This document shows positions 60,055 to 64,000 of a stretch of 64,000 nucleotides of DNA, one piece after another. The notes beneath the pieces were generated by a model. That model did not search any database. It worked only from the letters and a program-made list of their open reading frames with translations, and was not told the DNA's origin. Every line of letters starts with the position of its first letter. Position 1 is the first letter of the stretch. The translations under genes were made by a program, and so were the position numbers. Location: the NCBI GenBank assembly GCA_963700285.1, contig CAVOXA010000001.1, forward strand, positions 384,001 through 448,000, in the 5' to 3' direction. This DNA is from an uncultured Chloroflexia bacterium. Lineage in GTDB: Bacteria > Chloroflexota > Anaerolineae > JAAYZQ01.

Positions 60055-60996
60055 ATGAAGAAACGTTCCGCAATACTGATTCTCGCTTTGCTTTTGACCT
60101 TGGTGGTCACAGTGTCTCCTGCTCTGGCTCAAGCCAGGCCGGTTCACGTTGCGGGAGTGATCATCGCCGTGGATGCCGGTGCATCCCAGTTTACAGTAAA
60201 GCCCCGTTACCGAGATGCGTTGACAGTCCAGACCTCGGTTGACACCGAGTACTTTCGCAAGATTCAGCACAGTGGCCTGGAACCCATCTCCTTTGACAAC
60301 CTGGGGGTCGGAAATCAGGTCAAAGTTGCTGGCACGTGGGAGGGCGAGGTGCTGCAAGCCGGCAACGTGGTTGTGATGCCAGCCATCTCACCTCCTCCAG
60401 TTGTGATACATGGTGCTATCGCTGTTCTGAATACCAGCAACGGTACCATGACAGTTGAGCCCCGGACAGGGAGTGCGGTCATCGTGCAGACTTTTGGGGA
60501 GACCGAGTTTTTTCGCACTGTCCAGCATGGCCGTCTGGTGCCGATCGATTTCACAGACTTGGCTGTTGAGGAATGGGTCAAAGTGCAGGGCGCCTGGGAT
60601 GGTGACGTGCTCAATGCCATACGGGTGACTGTGATGCCCTTCGCGCCCGCGCCTCCACCACGGCTGGTGGCCGGTAGCATTGGGGAGCTGCTTTCCGAGA
60701 GCGATTTCAGCCTTGATCATCAGCGCCGAGAGGCGATCACGGTCAAGACGGTGGAAACTACAAAGTTCTACCGGACACTTGGTTGGGGGCGCCTTGAGCC
60801 GATCACCTTTGGTGATCTTGCAGTTGGAGACTGGGTGGCTGTCCTGGGCAAATGGGATGGCGAAGTACTGAACGCCGATGTCGTGACCGTGACGCGTGGC
60901 CACGGTGGCGAGGCGGAGGGCGTCCTCGAGGCCGGAGAGGTCTTTGAGGCCGACGAACTCGTGGACGAGATAGATACACTTCAGATCCAGCCATAA
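60055..60996 (+). CDS. Secreted protein with three DUF5666-like repeats
   Basis: Signal peptide; three repeats of T.F.R....G.L.PI.F.DL.VG..V.V.G.WDG.VL.A; RBS GAGGAGG. Confidence 0.8.
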   Translation: MKKRSAILILALLLTLVVTVSPALAQARPVHVAGVIIAVDAGASQFTVKPRYRDALTVQTSVDTEYFRKIQHSGLEPISFDNLGVGNQVKVAGTWEGEVLQAGNVVVMPAISPPPVVIHGAIAVLNTSNGTMTVEPRTGSAVIVQTFGETEFFRTVQHGRLVPIDFTDLAVEEWVKVQGAWDGDVLNAIRVTVMPFAPAPPPRLVAGSIGELLSESDFSLDHQRREAITVKTVETTKFYRTLGWGRLEPITFGDLAVGDWVAVLGKWDGEVLNADVVTVTRGHGGEAEGVLEAGEVFEADELVDEIDTLQIQP

Positions 60997-61034
60997 GCTG
61001 CTGTACCTGCGTCTGTGAGTGGACCTAAACCGTT

Positions 61035-61078
61035 CAGAGCCTGCCGAGGGGAGGAAGCCTCTCTGATGGTGGGCTCTG
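61035..61078 (+). terminator. Hairpin after the DUF5666-like gene
   Basis: CAGAGCCTGCC...GGTGGGCTCTG inverted repeat. Confidence 0.45.
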
Positions 61079-61109
61079 TATCGTTATTCTACAGGATCGA
61101 GGGATGTGC

Positions 61110-62789
61110 ATGAAAGCCGAGGGTACTGCAGAGAAGCGACTGTTCGTCCGGCACGCGCCATGGCTGCTGTTGACTATGGTCATTCTGGTTGCCCTGGAGG
61201 TCAGCCTACTGGCTGCGTATACCGGATCGGACGTCTTTTACGTCTGTCCAGCTGGCCCACCGGCGTGTGACTATGGCTCCATTCAGGATGCCGTGGACGC
61301 GGCTGCTGATGGCGATACCATCAAGGTGGCAGAAGGTACTTATACGGGCGTTCATGAGCGCACCGCTCCAGCTAGCTATGAGGGACCGGCCAACCTTCGC
61401 CAGATGGTCTACCTCACCAAAACGGTGACGATCCAGGGTGGCTATGCTATGGACGATTGGACTACTCCCAACTTGGTGGCTCATCCCACAGTGCTGGACG
61501 CTCAGGGTCTGGGACGGGTAGTGCTGATTGCTGGAGAGCATACACCTGCGATCAAGAGTTTGCGCCTGACCGGCGGGGATGCGTCGGATCTGGGTGGTAC
61601 GCTGTCGACAGACGCGGGCGGCGGCATCTATGTCCTCACTTCCGCGGCAACGATCGAGCAATGTCTCATCTATGGGAACATCGCTGGCACAACCGAGTGG
61701 GGCGGCGCTGGAGGTGGCCTATACCTGGCCTCCAGCGCCGCTTCTATCCGGGACAATACCATCCGGAATAATACTGCCGCTACTGTAGGCGAAGGCTTTG
61801 GCGGTGGTCTGTCCCTGTATGATAGCAAAGCCACGGTCAGCAACAATGAGATCCATGATAACACGGCCAGTACCGGTAATTGGGGACACGGGGGCGGCGT
61901 GGACCTATACGCTAGCGCAGCGACAGTGAGGAGCAATGAGATCCTCAGCAATACTGCCAGCACGTCTGACCAGGGCTTCGGTGGCGGACTGCATTTGGAG
62001 GAATCTGCAGCCAATGTAACGGGAAATACAATCCAGGGCAATATTGCCAGCAAGGAGACTGAAGGCGGTGGCGGCGGATTGTCCGTGATCGGTGCTGGCC
62101 CGCTGCTCCGTGACAATGTCATCCAGAACAACGTCGCTAGTGCCAGTAGTGCCAGCTATGCATATGGTGGCGGGCTAAATCTCTGGAAAAGCGATGCCAA
62201 GCTGAACGGCAATGTGATCCGTGACAATGTTGCCAGCATGGGGGACTGGGGATTTGGCGGGGGGCTGAACCTGTCTGAAAGCGAGGCTGTGCTGGAGAAC
62301 AACGCGATTATCGACAATCGGGCCGGTGGTCATGGTTCTGGCCTGTTTATCGGAGGAAAGGCGCCAACCCTGACCCACACGACCATCGCGCGCAATCGGG
62401 AGGGCGATGATAGCGGGCTCTATGTCGCTGACAACAGCGCGCTAGTCCTTTCGAATACGATCCTCGTGGGCCAGGGGACGGGTATCATCGTCGAGGAAGG
62501 TACCAGTGCTGAATTGGAGGGCGTGCTGTGGTATGCCAACGGGAACAACAGCGGTGGCGGCGGCAGCTTCAATGTGTCCAAGGCGGCCACCGGCAATCCA
62601 GCTTTTGCTATCGATGGCTACCACATTCTCGCAGAATCGGCAGCCATCAATGCAGGTGTAGATGCGGGAGTGGGTGTGGACATCGACGGCCAGGCGCGGC
62701 CAAACCAGCTTGTGGATCTGGGGGCCGACGAATACTGGCCACCTGCTGGACAGAGTCACATCTATTTGCCACTGGTGTGGTCCAGGTAG
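61110..62789 (+). CDS. Secreted right-handed beta-helix (pectin lyase-like) protein with C-terminal IYLPLV motif
   Basis: SIQDAVDAA, repeated GGG.L...S.A....N.I..N.A, DIDGQARP..DLGADE, terminal HIYLPLVWSR. Confidence 0.85.
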   Translation: MKAEGTAEKRLFVRHAPWLLLTMVILVALEVSLLAAYTGSDVFYVCPAGPPACDYGSIQDAVDAAADGDTIKVAEGTYTGVHERTAPASYEGPANLRQMVYLTKTVTIQGGYAMDDWTTPNLVAHPTVLDAQGLGRVVLIAGEHTPAIKSLRLTGGDASDLGGTLSTDAGGGIYVLTSAATIEQCLIYGNIAGTTEWGGAGGGLYLASSAASIRDNTIRNNTAATVGEGFGGGLSLYDSKATVSNNEIHDNTASTGNWGHGGGVDLYASAATVRSNEILSNTASTSDQGFGGGLHLEESAANVTGNTIQGNIASKETEGGGGGLSVIGAGPLLRDNVIQNNVASASSASYAYGGGLNLWKSDAKLNGNVIRDNVASMGDWGFGGGLNLSESEAVLENNAIIDNRAGGHGSGLFIGGKAPTLTHTTIARNREGDDSGLYVADNSALVLSNTILVGQGTGIIVEEGTSAELEGVLWYANGNNSGGGGSFNVSKAATGNPAFAIDGYHILAESAAINAGVDAGVGVDIDGQARPNQLVDLGADEYWPPAGQSHIYLPLVWSR

Positions 62790-62903
62790 CGAGGGAGGGC
62801 ATCCTCCCGAATCTCGCTACCCCCATAGCACAAAACACAGCGCAAACTCGGCGCCGTGCGCGATGCGAATAAAAGCACCGATCTGTCTTTCGTGGGTGAC
62901 TGG

Positions 62904-62950
62904 GAGGCCTCCGAGGCAGCGAGCCGAAGGTTCGTTGCCCTCGAGGCCTT
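62904..62950. terminator. Long imperfect hairpin between convergent genes
   Basis: GAGGCCT..GGCAGCGAGCC-GAA-GGTTCGTTGCC..AGGCCTT. Confidence 0.5.
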
Positions 62951-62999
62951 CTTCGTGTGGCCAGACAGCCATCTGTCTGGGAGGCAGCCGAGTAATCTG

Positions 63000-64000
63000 C
63001 TAGGGTCGCTTTGTTGACCGCGGCCGAGGTCGTGGCGGCTCAGGTTCGGGATCCCTGGGGCGTTCAGGCTCGGGCTCCTTGGTACGCTCAGGCTTGGCCG
63101 GCGGGGGCTCCTGTGGCATCCTGGTGAACTCGGGTTGTGGTGGCTTCGGTGTGTGCTCGGGCTGTCTGGTACGCGCGGGTGACTGGACACGGGTTGCGAC
63201 AGGCGTTCTGGTGTGCAGGCGCTGCCGCTGCGGCGTAGCAGAAGCGGTCGGCTGGTGTTCCAGACGCGGCCGCTCCCGAGGTGTAGTGGTCAGGCTTGGT
63301 ACGACCATGGGGCTTGTTGACTGTGGCCGTGGCGTACGTAGAGATCTTTGCAGCGACGGCGGTACAGGGGTGCTTGTCGGCTCCAGCTCCCCCTCTTGTT
63401 TGTCTGCCCGCCATACGGAGGTTGCAGTTGGCGTGCTCGAGGGAGTTGGCTCCGAGCCCGGGATGTCTTCCATCGTGGGTGAGGGAGTCTGCGTTGGAGA
63501 GGGGATGGGTGAGGGACCGGACTGAGGCGTCAGGGTCGCACCGGTATTCGGCCTTGGCCCAGCAGGTTCCACCACTGGCTCAACCTCGAGCCTCAGCGCC
63601 ACAAGCTCTCCATTGCCTTGCGCCTGAGCTCTTGACCTGTACCCGCTTCCTCAGCTCAGGCTCACCCAGAATCACGGTGTCCGAGTTCAAATAGACATAG
63701 AACTCCTCAACCTGCCAAAAGTCATCAGTTACCGCAGTCAGGCTGCCAGCGAACTCTACCTTTGTCTGGCGGCGCTGGTTCAAGACGTTCTGCGTTTCCT
63801 CGATTCGTTCCCAGAAAAAATCCTCGCGCAGTTGCTGCTTTGCCACAGGATCGATGGCCACCGAAATCTGAACCCACTCAACGGCACGTTTGATGGGATG
63901 GAGGAGGTCGCCTGGCAAGCTGTCGTCGGCAGCAGTGACGGATGCCCACCCGCCACTCAGCAACAACACAAGCACCATGACCAAGGCTGCCGCCCACCGG
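63000..64000 (-). CDS. DUF5667/DUF5666-like membrane protein with Pro/Thr tail (anti-sigma-like); 5'-truncated, frameshift near 63630
   Basis: TM, SLPGDLLHPIKRAVE, VEFAG..WQV; RVQVK then AQAQGNGELVALRLEV in the next frame. Confidence 0.7.

Noticed and set aside
62904-62950. SRP RNA or other ncRNA
   Set aside because: Lacks the SRP domain IV consensus; its position between convergent genes fits a terminator.

Overview
A bacterial chromosomal segment, most likely Chloroflexota/Anaerolineae (C-terminal 'YLPLV' secreted protein, DUF5666/DUF5667-like proteins, gene content); this taxonomy is inference. Housekeeping blocks: a complete siroheme-dependent (Ahb) heme operon headed by an HTH regulator (37.6-49.2 kb), rpoD, a K+-independent H+-PPase, tyrS, Sua5, glycosyltransferases and an OmpR/BaeS-type two-component pair. 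The most interesting region is a ~10 kb minus-strand block (18.8-29.0 kb) with two caspase-like CHAT proteases. (i) In a CHAT / membrane TPR receptor / lipoprotein operon, the protease and the predicted cytoplasmic tail of the receptor share a ~20-aa Gly/beta-branched motif (DVIxxxxGxGAxxxxIGKxI), suggesting transmembrane amyloid-type (RHIM/BASS-like) signalling. (ii) A GC-rich coupled cassette encodes a STAND-like ATPase, an inactive-NTPase TPR partner, a CHAT-NB-ARC-TPR protein and a HAD-like protein. Two signals are missed by the ORF track: a rhodanese with two in-frame UGA codons (U-T-U) at its active site followed by a SECIS-like hairpin, and a Tyr-rich leader peptide with terminator/antiterminator upstream of tyrS. 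Several small frameshifts look like long-read consensus errors. No rRNA, tRNA, CRISPR array or transposase was recognised. Family calls come from motif recognition by eye, not database searches.
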